The position numbers were made by a program, and so were the translations under genes. A model generated the notes under the pieces. That model made no database searches, was not told the origin of the DNA, and saw nothing but the letters and a program-made list of their open reading frames with translations. From contig CM059429.1 in assembly GCA_030390025.1 (NCBI GenBank), positions 138,260,001 through 138,324,000 of the forward strand: a DNA stretch of 64,000 nt, read 5' to 3'. Below, piece after piece: positions 52,701 through 64,000 of this stretch. Positions within the stretch are counted from its first letter, which is position 1; each line of letters starts with the position of its first letter. This DNA comes from Squalus acanthias. Lineage: Eukaryota.

Positions 52701-52784
52701 ACCCTCTCAAGGGCAGCTAGGGATGGACAATAAATACTGGCCTTGCCAGCAATGCCCACATCCCATGAACGAATAAAAAAAAAA
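49743..52784 (+). mobile_element. CR1-group non-LTR retrotransposon (exact clade uncertain), 5'-truncated, A-rich tail
   Basis: [50 protein letters not shown]; tail gaataaaaaaaaa. Confidence 0.9.
51552..52383. mobile_element. 832-bp non-autonomous PIF/Harbinger element nested in the LINE
   Basis: TIRs gggggaaaaattcggt / accgaatttctccccc; 3-bp TSD tca (51549-51551, 52384-52386). Empty site visible in the paralogous LINE at ~63140-63170. Confidence 0.9.
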
Positions 52785-54714
52785 CAAAGAAGCTGATTTG
52801 ATGCAGCAATGCCTTTAGTTAGTGTGCTTTTTGTCACGTGATCTTTCTCTGCAACTAACGTTGTCTCATATTTTAAATTCAAACAATCTAATCAGAGAGT
52901 TAAGTTGTGGTTCTTATACTGTCAAGGTTGCTCTAGGCTGTACGGAAATGTTTAGTGACACAACTCTTATCAGTATACAAGGAAACCGTAAAAAAAACCT
53001 TTCCCATGGTTACATAAGTGTCTGCTTGTTTCTGTTAACTGTTCACAATGGAATCTGGGTTCAATATGGCTCAGTTATCAGACCCAAAATATATTTTTTA
53101 AAAATGCAGAATAATATGAAGAGGATTATTTGGACCAGAATTACACTTTTAAGAGTAATGAAACCCAAACGATGTCATAGGGGCTAAAAGCTCACCATCC
53201 ACTGTTGGATATTTTTATAACTAGAGTTTTGTTGTGCAGCAATCTTATTCCAAAGCATGTGTTTGCAACAAGAACTTTTGATCTTGAGTGACATAATTTT
53301 CGCTGAAGTAGACGCTGTAGCGACAGCCCAGCCGACAAGATCTCCGCCTGCAGCTTCCGATCTCAGTTGCATTACTCATGCAGACACGAACAAAACCTGA
53401 TCAGAACGGGTGACTGAAAATCACTAGCCAATGTTAGCGTCGAGACCATTTCCCTTTGATGATTTTTTGCCTTTCATCTTTCCCCCAAAGTGACAGTCGC
53501 TTGACTTTCACAAAAGCAGCATTACATTGTGGTATTAATGCCAGATATTTAATTTCTTCGTATGATGGTTTGTGACTCTTCTGTGAAGTAATGAAAAGCA
53601 CTTTGTACTGACACTCATTTATTGGAGTGCTTTGACTTCTGGTTTTCAAAAAGATTAGATGAACTGATCAAGAGAACAACATCAAAGCAATGTGCTGAGA
53701 TAAAGGGGAGGAGCAAAGAGCTGTAGACACCTGCCCTCCGTCCCATCAGAATTTCTACCTGTCCCTATTCAGTTGCTGCTCATTTGAGATCCAGTTTCCA
53801 AATTAACCATTTAAACTGGCAATTGAAGATCAGATCAAAACCAAAATCTAGTGAAGTCCAACCTTTTTAGTTTAAACTTCACAGATTTGGCATTTTAAAT
53901 TCAGAGACGATGTGGCAACAACTGTATTTGTGGTCATATTTACTCTTATTTGCCTGTGCTGTCCCCTTTTTGTGCTGTCTACAACATCCACCCTTTTTAC
54001 GAGTTAATCCCTCCATTAAAATAGAATTTGGTATGAACATGTTGCAGTAACATTGCTCATAATAGCTTCCAGGCTTATATCCTCTCTTTGCTTAAAAGTA
54101 GGAATTGTCAGTGAAATGTCCTTGTGAAGAGGCAAGTCCAACTGAAACAGTTCATTCATCTGTAATGTTAATATATTCGTTCCAACATTTGTTATTCATG
54201 GTCAATGCAAAAGTCAGCTTCCATAGGTAACTACATCTCCAATGAACTCAAGCTTGATCTTATCTAGAAAATAATCTGGGATGGCGTTGCCATGTGGCGA
54301 ACAATTAACTTTTCTACCATTGGGCTACGCATTGAAAATAATGTGGTTTACACATTATGTGGTCTCTCCAAACCAATGAAAAGCACAATACTGCCAGACA
54401 GTCTAGCTCAGGCTAAAAATTTAAAACAATGTTTTCAGAAGTAAGATTATACAGAACCACGAATGTATCACCATATTTTTGAAAAAGTAACATTACTGTC
54501 CTCAAAGCAACAAACTCTTTTGTGATTTTTTTTAAACTTAAAATGCACAGAGTTGCACACACTGGGTCCTGTCTCACCGCAGCCACTGCATCAACTCAAC
54601 TAAAGTACTGGGGAAACCATGCCAAATTTATCCCCAGATTTAGGCAGCTTCTGGCTAAATCAGAATCCGAACAAAAACAGAACGAGAGGAGATAGTTTGC
54701 ATACTATGTTGATT

Positions 54715-55692
54715 AAACATAGAAACATAGAAGATAGGAGCAGGAGTAGGCCATTCGGCCCCTCGAGCCTGCTCCGCCATTCGATGAGATCATGGCTGAT
54801 CATCCAAACTCAGTACCCTGTACCTGCCTTCTCCCCATATCCCTTGATACCTTTAGCTTTAAGAAATGTATCTAACTCATTCTTGAATATATTTAATGAC
54901 TTGGCCTCAACTACCTTCTGTGGTAGAGAATTCCACAGGTTCACCACTCTCTGGGTGAAGAAATTCTTCCTCATTTCTGTCCTAAATGACTTGCCCCTTA
55001 TCCTTAGATTATGACCCCTGGTTCTGGACTCTCCGACCATCGGGAACATTCTTCCTGCATCTAGTTTGTCCAGACCTGTCAGAATTTTATGTTTCGATGA
55101 GATCCCCTCTCATTCTTCTATACTCCAGCGAGTATAAGCCCAATCGACCCAATCTCTCCTCATATGTCATTCCTGCCATCCCAGGTATCAGCCTTGTGAA
55201 TCTTCGCTGAACTCCTTCCATGGCAAGAACATCCTTCCTCAAATAAGGCGACCAAAACTGCACACAGTACTCAAGGTGTGGTCTCACCAAGGCCCTGTAC
55301 AACTGCAGCAGGACATCCCTGTTCCTATACTCAAACCCTTTCGCTATGAAGGCCAACATACCATTTGCCTTCTTCACCGCCTGCTGCACCTGCATGCTTA
55401 CCTTCAGCGACTGGTGCACAAGGACACCCAGGTCTCGTTGCACTTCCCCTTTTCCCAATCTATTGCCATTCAGATAATAGTCTGCCTTTCTGTTTTTGAC
55501 ACCAAAGTGTATAACCTCGCATTTATCCACGTTATATTGCATCTGCCACGCTTCTGCCCACTCACCCAACCTGTCCAAATCATCCTGGAGTTTCTCAGTA
55601 TCCTCCTCGGAGCACACACGCCCACCCAGCTTTGTGTCATCTGCAAACTTGGAGATATTACATTTAGTTCCCTTATCCAGATCATTAACAAT
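54715..55692 (-). mobile_element. Young CR1 LINE 3' fragment, same family as 32838-33810
   Basis: 205-aa ORF 55087-55704 with KFADDTKL and [15 protein letters not shown]; (aaacatag)n tail. Confidence 0.93.
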
Positions 55693-56217
55693 AACACATG
55701 GCATCTCCTTTACCAGGAGATGCTAATTCTGACATAATATGAAGCTGGTTAGCTTTTGGAAAAAAATATATATTTTTGATGGTTCAACCATTTGGGAAAA
55801 TAATGGTGTTTCTTCTCACAGATTAACATTGGTGTCTGGCCAACCAATCTAGACCTAATCATAGACAACTTATAGACAAATACTAAAACAAACAACACAC
55901 CAACCTTCCCCCTTCTTCTGACACACTTGTGTGTTAATCCCAAGCAGTTTAGCCTGAACTTTTACCAGTAAAATAGATTACTGTCAGCATTAAAGTAACA
56001 TTGATCGAAAAGTCGATGCTATTGCTTATTCTGTCCGACACAAAACAGTTACAAAAGCCATTTTTTAAATTGTTACAATATTGGCATAGCTACAGATTCC
56101 CATAAAATATAAAATGTATCGATTCTTATGATCTAAAACAGGATGAATCCTCAGATCTGTTACAGTTGTCTTTCTACAAAACTACCAATTGCACTAAAAG
56201 TATTTTGTTTCCTGCAG

Positions 56218-56619
56218 AAAGTAGTCTGAGTACGACTGTTACCAGTAACACGACCAAGGTTTTGGAGGGCAACTTGCTCCAGTTCACCTGTGATGTTCGT
56301 TCGGCAATCAGGAACCACAGTCGCCTCTCTGTCATCTGGCAGTTAATAAACAAACAGAGAAAGGTCATTGACGTCATCAGCTTGGACCAGGACAGTACTC
56401 AGGTTATTGGTACACTCTACCATAAGCGTGGTGCTAATGGAGACCTCAGACTGGTCAAACGGCGGCCAGATTCTTTCATGCTGCAGCTACACAATGCAGT
56501 GATATTGGATGATGGAGAGTATGTTTGTACGGTGGCTGAATGGATCATGAACGTGGGTGGCGATTGGCAGCGAATAGGAAAACAATCTGCTCATGTTGTA
56601 GCGGTGGTGACTCCTCTTG
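56218..56619 (+). CDS. IGSF3: IGSF3 coding exon, Ig-V domain 4
   Basis: tttcctgcag acceptor, G|gtaagt donor. KSSLST...FTCDVR...SVIWQL...DDGEYVCTVAEWI. 402 nt. Confidence 0.93.
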
Positions 56620-57527
56620 GTAAGTGCTCACACCAGAAAAGCATGTCTGAGAGCTGAAAATTTTCTGGGCACTAGTCTAATTACTGTCTGATTATTTAAA
56701 AGGAGCATTTTTACGTGGAATATATTAATACTGGATATGTTGCAGCAATGATAATCATTGACTGAAATAATCAAAAGTAATAAAGTCACAGGTGAATGTC
56801 AGTTAGCTCATTGTGGAGATATTGATGAAATAACATATTTCAGTTATAATACTAGAATCTCATCTTCTGAAGTATGTAATTGGGTAGAGATTATAAGTTA
56901 AAAATGAGGGTAGCATGATATTTTCAGTGTAAGGACATTGGATTGGATCCACCTTGATTGGGTTGTAGAGAGACAAGTGTCTGCTGAAACTCTGCACCTC
57001 TAACTGGTGGAACGACCACTTGTTGGGATATGCTGTGATCAGGAGGACAGTGCCAACGCACTCTCACATTTTATGGTGAGTTGAGCTACTCACCGTGTCA
57101 CTCGTGAAGATTTCCTGGTACACACTTTGCCTAACTCATGCTTGTCAGTTGCTTCATGACCAACTAGTGACTATCCTCCTTGAGGTGGGACAGGAGGTAA
57201 ATGTGATCTTTTTGAGGTGGCTTGTCATATGCTTGTTTGGAGCCAAGTCAAAAGTCTGTTTAAGACTTGACAATCCAAAATCTAACTGGGAAGAGCTGAG
57301 ATGTCCCCGTGGTCAAATAACATTCACTGGCTGGGTTCAAATACAAAGAATGGCTGCACAGGTAATTCATTGTTGGATGGCCAACCCCTATGGAACGATA
57401 CCCCAGTACAAGTGGGGTGCCTTCAGGAAGGAAGGGGTGGGGGGAAGGGAAAAGATCTTGCAATCCTTCTGTGAAATAAAGTATTTATGGAAGTTGATGC
57501 TAACACCTTTTATTGAACCTTTCACAG

Positions 57528-57929
57528 AAACCAGCTTCAGCGTTACTGCAATAACTCGAACACCATCAGTGATCTACAACAATGCATTTGAGCTCCAGTG
57601 TTTCCTCAGGCCCACCTATCCTTCCCGAGTGTCAGTATCTGTAATGTGGAAATTCCAGCCTGCTGGATCAAGCAACAGCTATGATATAATCACTTTTGCA
57701 CGTGACACATCCATTGCATGGGGGGACAAGGCAACAAATTTTAAAAGTAAAACAATGATAGTAAAGACCTTGTCCAATAATGTCCGTCTGGTTGTCTCTA
57801 AAGCCAGTGACTTGGAGGCTGGGAGATACCAGTGCATTGCTGAACTGTGGCACCAAAACCAGATGGACCAATGGGTGAGGAAAACCAGTAAATCTTCAAA
57901 TATTCTGGAGGTGAAGGTTAAACCCCCAG
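57528..57929 (+). CDS. IGSF3: IGSF3 coding exon, Ig-V domain 5 (gene continues beyond the window)
   Basis: ctttcacag acceptor, G|gtaagt donor. ETSFSVTAITRTP...FELQC...VMWKFQP...EAGRYQCIAELW. 402 nt. Confidence 0.93.
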
Positions 57930-58471
57930 GTAAGTGCACAGCCTTCTTGCTCAACTAGAGTAAACATAGCTGTCAGCCTTAATAGCCACTTATTTGTCAT
58001 CGTTCAATATGTCTGTGTACCTGTCGTCTCGTCCTTCAGTCGCCCTGCCTGTTTTCAATTCTGTAGTACGGCACAAGCTACTTAAATTCCTAAATAATCT
58101 GTTAATCGCCTTATTAACATGCTACAGCCAGAATACTTTGGTTTGCAATATTTGGATAGACTAATATGAGACCCAAGAATTCTTATAAAATTTTAAGCAG
58201 CAAATCTCCTAGTAATTACTGAGGAGCACAGTGCTCTAAACTTTTAACTCCAAGAAATTCTGCATTCTGGTCTTGCTTTTCGCATACACATATGTTTACT
58301 AAAGTGATGCAATGTGGTTGGCAATATACATTTTAAAAAGACACAGTTTTTTTCTGCCAATTTTTGCCCCTCCTCTTCTCTCTTGAAGCGGAGATGCCGG
58401 CGTTGGACTGGGGTGGACAAAAATGAGAAGTCGCACAACACCAGGTTATAGTCCAACAGATTTATTTAAAA

Positions 58472-58508
58472 TTACAAGCTTTCGGAGCGCTGCTCCTTCA
58501 TCAGGTAA
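58472..58508 (-). ncRNA. Minimal hammerhead ribozyme motif
   Basis: ttac-CTGATGA-a-ggagc-agc-gctcc-GAAA-GC-TT-gtaa on the minus strand. Confidence 0.82.
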
Positions 58509-58511
58509 ACT

Positions 58512-58553
58512 TTACCTGAAGAAGTGGCGATCGACAGCTCCGAAAGCTTGTAA
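58512..58553 (+). ncRNA. Minimal hammerhead motif with an imperfect stem II
   Basis: ttac-CTGAAGA-a-gtggc-gatcgaca-gctcc-GAAA-GC-TT-gtaa. Confidence 0.65.
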
Positions 58554-58871
58554 TTTTAAATAAATCTGTTGGACTATAACCTGGTGTTGTGCGACTTCTC
58601 ATTTTTCTCTCTTGAAGGCATTGATTACTTGCCAAGGTAGTTTCACAGGTGTTGAGTTGCCCTATGATATCTTGCCCAGGGAGGCCGGAAGCATGTGCGA
58701 ATCTTGACAGTGAGTGTTGGTTGGTTGTTGTATGTGATGCCAAGGCTGATCCCACGTTTACTCAACATGAACACACACACTTCCAGCAGCGTTTGGATAG
58801 CGATAGCCAACAGGAACCCCAGTTATTTTCCCCTCACTAACCCAGGGACATTGAGACCAGTTATAAAGAAA

Positions 58872-59280
58872 GAAAGAGTTGCATTTATACAGTGCTTTTC
58901 ATGACCTTCCAAATGCTTTACAGCCAATGATGTACTTTTGAAGTGTAGTTATTGTTATAATGTAGGAAACACGGAAGGCAATTAGTGCACAGCAAGCTCC
59001 CACAAACAGCAATGATAATCTGCTTTTTTTCCCCAGTGATGTTAATTGAGGGATAAATATTGGCCATTATAACTCCCCTGCTCCTCTTCAAAATAGTGCC
59101 ATGGGATCTTTTACGCCCACCTGAGAGAGCAGACGGAGTCTCGGTTTAAAGTCTCATAGAAAGTTGGCACCTCTGAGACTGCAGCAGTCCCTCAGTACTG
59201 CACTGAAATGCCAGCCTAGGACTTGAACCCACAACCTTCTGATTCAGGCGAGAGTGTACCAACCGAGCCACGGTTGACAC
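58872..59280 (-). mobile_element. DeuSINE-like copy
   Basis: Reverse-complement match to 3817-4287. Confidence 0.8.
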
Positions 59281-61264
59281 ATAGAGCTGCTACTTCCGCG
59301 ATGGCTCAGATCAGCTAACTCAGCACAATTGGAGGGCAAATCTGGGCCTTCTATGGCTCAGATACTGAGTGGATAAACTTGCTGAGCTATTAGAAAGCCA
59401 AGGCACTGTGTTTATTGAACAATATTTGGCAAACGCTTACGTTCATTTTCGAACATAAAGACACAATTTGTCTCAAAGCACTACTACATCACAGATGTCA
59501 CTGTTCTGTTTGCAGGTGATTTCATTGCATCAGTAAATGCCATGCAGCTATCCTCTCTTCACTACTTAAAGAAGCTTCTTTAAAAACTCCAAAGAACATA
59601 ATAACTTTCATTCTATCAGTCAGTCAGTCTCTCTCCCTTCCCTTCCGGTCCATAGTTTAGACTTCATCTCTCTCTTCACCCCACCCTCCCTTCTCCATCA
59701 TCTACTTCAGTCTTAAATGTAGTTGTCCCTTGAGGTCTTCGAGTCAGCTTTGCGTCAAAGCTCATTTTCTGCAAGTAGTATTGAATGGAGCCAGTGGCCA
59801 TTAATGTTCTCACTGTTCTGTCACAGCAGTAATTAGAGTCACTGTGCATTAGTAGTACCGAGTGTTCATCTCTGAGCCATTCACCAGAATCACCAGAAAT
59901 TGAAGATTTATCCCATTAACTCTTTGAACTCCTGAATCATTCATTAGGAATTCTGAGGGCTGCCGTAAATATTTTCAAATCACCTTTAATGTAGTGTATG
60001 TTTATTTATGATGCTGGATGGGTCTTATTTCTGATTTGATGGCATTTTCCTCAGCATCTTTCCAGGGCAACAGAAATAATGCACAAGTTCAGCAATCCTG
60101 AAACACAGAGAGAAGAAGGAAGGGGCTGAGAGACATCACAGGGGAGAACTTCCAATAGAACATATAGGCCTAGAAATTGAATGATGCTGTGCCTGTTTTA
60201 CAGGTGCAAAACAGGTACCAAAGCATCCAATATTAATTGGACAGAAGAGGTAGGTAAAGAGGATAAGGGACAGGAGTTCCTACAATGTGTACAGGACTCC
60301 TTTCTAACCCAATATGTAAAAAGCCCAACAAGGGAGGAATCGCTATTGGATCGAGTAATGGGGAATGAAAAAGAGCAGATAAGAGAAGTAAAAGTAGGGG
60401 AACATCTAGGCAATAGTGGCCATAATATAATATGCTTTAAGATGATAATTGAGAAGGACATAAGTATGACGAAAACCCAGGTAATAGATTGGAGAAAAGC
60501 TGATTTTATGGGGCTGAGAATAGAACTTGGGAAAATAAAATGGGCAACAATATTGGCAAACAACGATGTAGAACACCAATAGCAAACATTTAAAATGGTG
60601 TTCAACAGTGCAGGAACAATATATTCTACTAAAAGGAAAGAACAAACTAAACACTAATGGGACTCCATGGATGAATAAAGCCATAAGGGAACAATTGAGG
60701 GTAAGGAAAGAGGCATACATTAAGTACATAGATAGCAGGAGAGTGCATGATAAGGGAGAATATGAAGAGATTAGGAGAGAAGTCAAAAAAACAATTAGGA
60801 AGGCAAAGAGGAACTATGAAATTAAATTTTCAAGGAACATACAACAAAATAGTAAAATATTTTACAGGCACACTGATAAAGAAAGGAAAGTTGGGATGGG
60901 AGTAGGGCCATTAAGGGATAGACAGGATAATACCACAGGTAACGATAGAGAGATGGCAGAAATATTAAATCATTATTTTGCTTCAGTTTTTACCAGGGAG
61001 ATAGAACAGGTGGACATGACATTGGATGATGAGATTAGTAATTAGATAACTGCATTTAAAATTAAAAAGAGGGTATATATTAAATAAACTAATCAAACTC
61101 AAAGAGGATAAAACCCCTGGTCTGGATGGATTGCATCCACGCATTTTAAAAGAATCTAGGGAAGAAATAGCAGAGGCATTACTACACATATTTAATAATT
61201 TGTTAGAAAAAGGTGTAGTGCCAGAGGACTGGCGGATAGCTAATGTAATACCTATATTTAAGAA

Positions 61265-61827
61265 AAGTGAGAAGTCGCACAACACCAGGTTATAGTCCAA
61301 CAGTTTTATTTGAAATCACAAGCTTTCGGAGCTGCTGCTCCTTCGTCAGGTGAAGTGAAGGAATACGAATCGGCAAAGCATATATAGAAGAGAACAATGC
61401 CTGTGTAGCGTACAATGTCAGACGACTACAGTTAATCTTTCTGATTGTTTCTCTGCCGAGGTGTGATAAAAGGCAATCAGGTCAGGAAGGCATTATATCA
61501 AAGACATAGCAAGATACACTAAGACAATGAGGTGGGGTCACAGGGGGTCTAATGTGTCAAATGCATTCTGTATGGAAAACCATAAACTTTAAAATTTTTA
61601 CTTTTTTTTTACTGGAAATCACATCTGTGAACAACCCAACGACGACTCGAGTCTGGATGACTCTACGTCATGTAGCGTGACATGAACCCAAGATACCGGT
61701 TGAGGCCGTCCTCATGGGTGTGGAACTTGGCTATCAGTTTCTGCTCGATGATTTTGCGTTGTGTGTCTCGAAGGCTGCCTTGGAGAACGCTTACCCGCAG
61801 ATCCGAGGCTGAATGTCCTTGACTGCT
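61265..61827 (-). mobile_element. 5'-truncated Neptune-type PLE (GIY-YIG C-terminus plus 3' terminus)
   Basis: 10-bp TSD tatttaagaa (61255-61264, 61828-61837); encodes GHSASDLRVSVLQG...IIEQKLIAKF. Confidence 0.9.
61316..61353 (-). ncRNA. Minimal hammerhead ribozyme motif (stem I variant)
   Basis: tcac-CTGACGA-a-ggagc-agca-gctcc-GAAA-GC-TT-gtga on the minus strand. Confidence 0.82.
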
Positions 61828-62789
61828 TATTTAAGAAGGGGGATAGAACATATCCAGGGAATTATAGACCAGTCAGCTTAATATCGGTGGTAGGAAAAAT
61901 AATGGAATCCCTACTAAAGTAGAAAATAGAAGAACATCTGGAAACCAAAAACATAGTAATGAATAGTCAGCATGGATTTCAAAAGGGAAAGTCTTACTTG
62001 ACCAATTTCATTCAAATTTTTGAAGAGGTAACAGAGAGAGTAGGTAATGGTAATGCAGTAGATGTATTTTAGATTTTCAAAAGGCCTTCGATAAGGTACC
62101 CAATAATAAACTGATGAACAAGGTCAGAGAATGCGGAGTCAGCGGACAAGTAGCAGAATGGATAGCTAGCTGGCTTCAAGACAGAAAGCAGGGAGTAGGG
62201 GTTAAAGGCCGCTATTCACAGTGGCAGAAGCTGGGTAGTGGTATTCCACAAGGATCAGTGCTGGGACCACTGTTCTTCACAATTTATATTAACGATTTAG
62301 ACTTTGGAATCAAACACCATTTCTAAATTTGCGAATAACACCAAATTGGGGGGGAGGTGATAGTCAATACTGAGGAGGACTGCAACATTACAGGAGGACA
62401 TTAATAAACTTGCAGAATGGGCATATAATTGGCAAATTACGTTCAACACAGATAAGTGTGAGGTGTTACATTTTGGTGTGAAGAATAGGGAGGTCACTTA
62501 TTACTTGGGGGGTGTGAGTCAAGGAGGGGTAGAGGAACAAAGGGATCTTGAAGTACAAATACACAAATCAATAAAAGTTGCGACGCAGGTTAGCAAGGCC
62601 AGAAAAAAAAGCAAACCAAGCACCAGGGTTTATTTCGAGAGGCATAGAATTGAAAAATAGTGAAGTTATGCTAAACCTGTATCGAACCTTGGTTAGACCA
62701 CACTTAAGAGTACTGCGTACAGTTCTGGTCACCGTATTATAAAAAGGATATAGAGGCACTGGAGAGGGTGCAGAGAAGATTTACAAGGA

Positions 62790-64000
62790 TTTTTTTTTTT
62801 AATTTGTTTATGGGATGTGGGCATCGCTGGCAAGGCCAGCATTTATTGCCCATCCCTAATTGCCCTTGAGAAGGTGGTGGTGAGCCGCCTTCTTGAACTG
62901 CTGCAGTCCGTGTAGTGAAGGTACTCCCACAGTGCTGTTAGGGAGGGGGTTCCAGGATTTTGACCCAGCGACGATGAAGGATCGGTGATATACTTCTAAG
63001 TCAGGATGGTGTGTGACTTGGAGGGGAACTTGGAGGTGGTGGTGTTCCCATGCGCCTGCTGCACTTGTCCTTCTAGGTGGAAGAGGTCGCGGGTTTGGGA
63101 GGTGCTGCAGAAGATGGTACACAGTGCAGCCACGGTACGCCAGTGGTGGAGGGAGTGAATGTTTAAGGTGGTGGATGGGGTGCCGATCAAGCGGGCTGCT
63201 TTGTCCTTGATGGTGTCGAGCTTCTTGAGTGTTGTTGGAGCTGCACTCATCCAGGCAAGTGGAGAGTATTCCATCGCACTCCTTACTTGTACCTTGAAGA
63301 TGGTGGAAAGGCTTTGAGAAGTCAGGAGGTGAGACACTTGCCGCAGAATACCTAGCCTCTGACCTGCTCTTGTTGCCACAGTATTTATGTGGCTGGTTCA
63401 GTTAAGTTTCTGGTCAATGGTGACCCCAGGATGTTGATGGTGGGGGATTCGGCGATGGTAATACCGTTGAATGTCAAGGGGAGGTGGTTAGACTCTCGCT
63501 TGTTGGAGATAGTCATTGCCTGGCACTTCTGTGGCGCGAATGTTACCTGCCACTTATCAGCCCAAGCCTGAACGTCGTCCAGGTCTTGTTGCATGCGGGC
63601 ATGGACTGCTTCATTATCTGAGGAGTTGTGAATGGCGCTGAACACTGTGCAGTCATCAGCGAACATCCCCATTTCTGACCTTATGTTGGAGGGAAGGTCA
63701 TTGATGAAGCAGCTGAAGATGGTTGGGCCTAGGACACTGCCCTGAGAAACTCCTGCAGCGATGTCCTGGGGCTGTGATGATTGACCTTCAACCACCACAA
63801 CCATCTTCCTTTGTGCTAGGCATGACTCCAGCCAGTGGAGCGTTCCCCCCCACCCTCCCCCAATTCCCATTGACTTCAGTTTTACTAGGACTCCTGGGTG
63901 CCACACTCGGTCAAATGCTGCCTTAATGTCAAGGGCAGTCACTCTCACCTCACCTCTGGAATTCGGCTCCTTTGTCCATGTTTGGACCAAGGCTGTAATG
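62790..64000 (-). mobile_element. CR1-group LINE (same family as 49743-52784), runs off the window
   Basis: ORF 63385-63990 with ALDIKAAFDRVWH, QGSVLGP and FADD; poly-T at 62790-62800. Confidence 0.92.

Larger units (their letters stand above)
58389..58604. mobile_element. ~216-bp palindromic non-autonomous PLE mini-element with two opposed hammerheads
   Basis: 13-bp TSD ttctctcttgaag (58376-58388, 58605-58617); arms match the terminus of the 21515-24031 element; centre tcaggtaaa-c-tttacctga. Confidence 0.9.
60229..62789 (+). mobile_element. CR1 LINE ORF2 portion, same subfamily as 39122-43000; interrupted by a PLE and cut off by another LINE
   Basis: INWTEEVGK...DSFLTQYV, PWMNKAIREQLRVRKEA and [11 protein letters not shown] are nearly identical to the 39-43 kb copy. 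Confidence 0.92.

Noticed and set aside
57095-57527. N-terminal extension of the 287-aa ORF (likewise 1504-1573, 47736-47805, 56166-56217)
   Set aside because: Intronic read-through upstream of clear splice acceptors; no Ig-domain similarity.
1574-57929. Assignment to CD101/IGSF2, IGSF8 or PTGFRN
   Set aside because: Motifs such as HITIWCNVSGY, EKTVTGEFI and SNNVRL match IGSF3 as I recall it across all five domains; a phylogeny would be the formal test.
58389-58604. Integrated true viroid or deltavirus-like genome
   Set aside because: Nearly the whole sequence matches the terminus of the Neptune-type PLE in this window, so a retroelement origin is sufficient.

Overview
Vertebrate genomic DNA, most likely a cartilaginous fish (shark-type SINE/LINE repertoire). 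The only intact host gene is a + strand EWI-family Ig-superfamily gene, best matching IGSF3. Five coding exons (1574-1951, 47806-48213, 49235-49624, 56218-56619, 57528-57929) each encode one V-type Ig domain; all are phase 1-1 with lengths divisible by 3. The signal-peptide exon and 3' exons are not seen in the window. The introns (one is 45.9 kb) are a layered transposon graveyard: CR1, L2, RTE and another CR1-group LINE, DeuSINE- and AmnSINE2-like SINEs, a solo LTR, hAT and PIF/Harbinger MITEs, and Harbinger transposase and Myb/SANT relics. The most striking signal is a set of Penelope-like (Neptune-type, GIY-YIG) insertions carrying minimal hammerhead ribozymes. These are a 2.5-kb element with 1113-bp inverted arms, a ~216-bp palindromic mini-element with back-to-back hammerheads in both polarities, and a third copy inside a CR1 whose ribozyme shows a compensatory stem I change. 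All three have target-site duplications and share one terminal breakpoint. An unidentified antisense multi-exon relic lies at about 16-20 kb. Family names come from recognised motifs, not database searches; repeat boundaries without a TSD are approximate.
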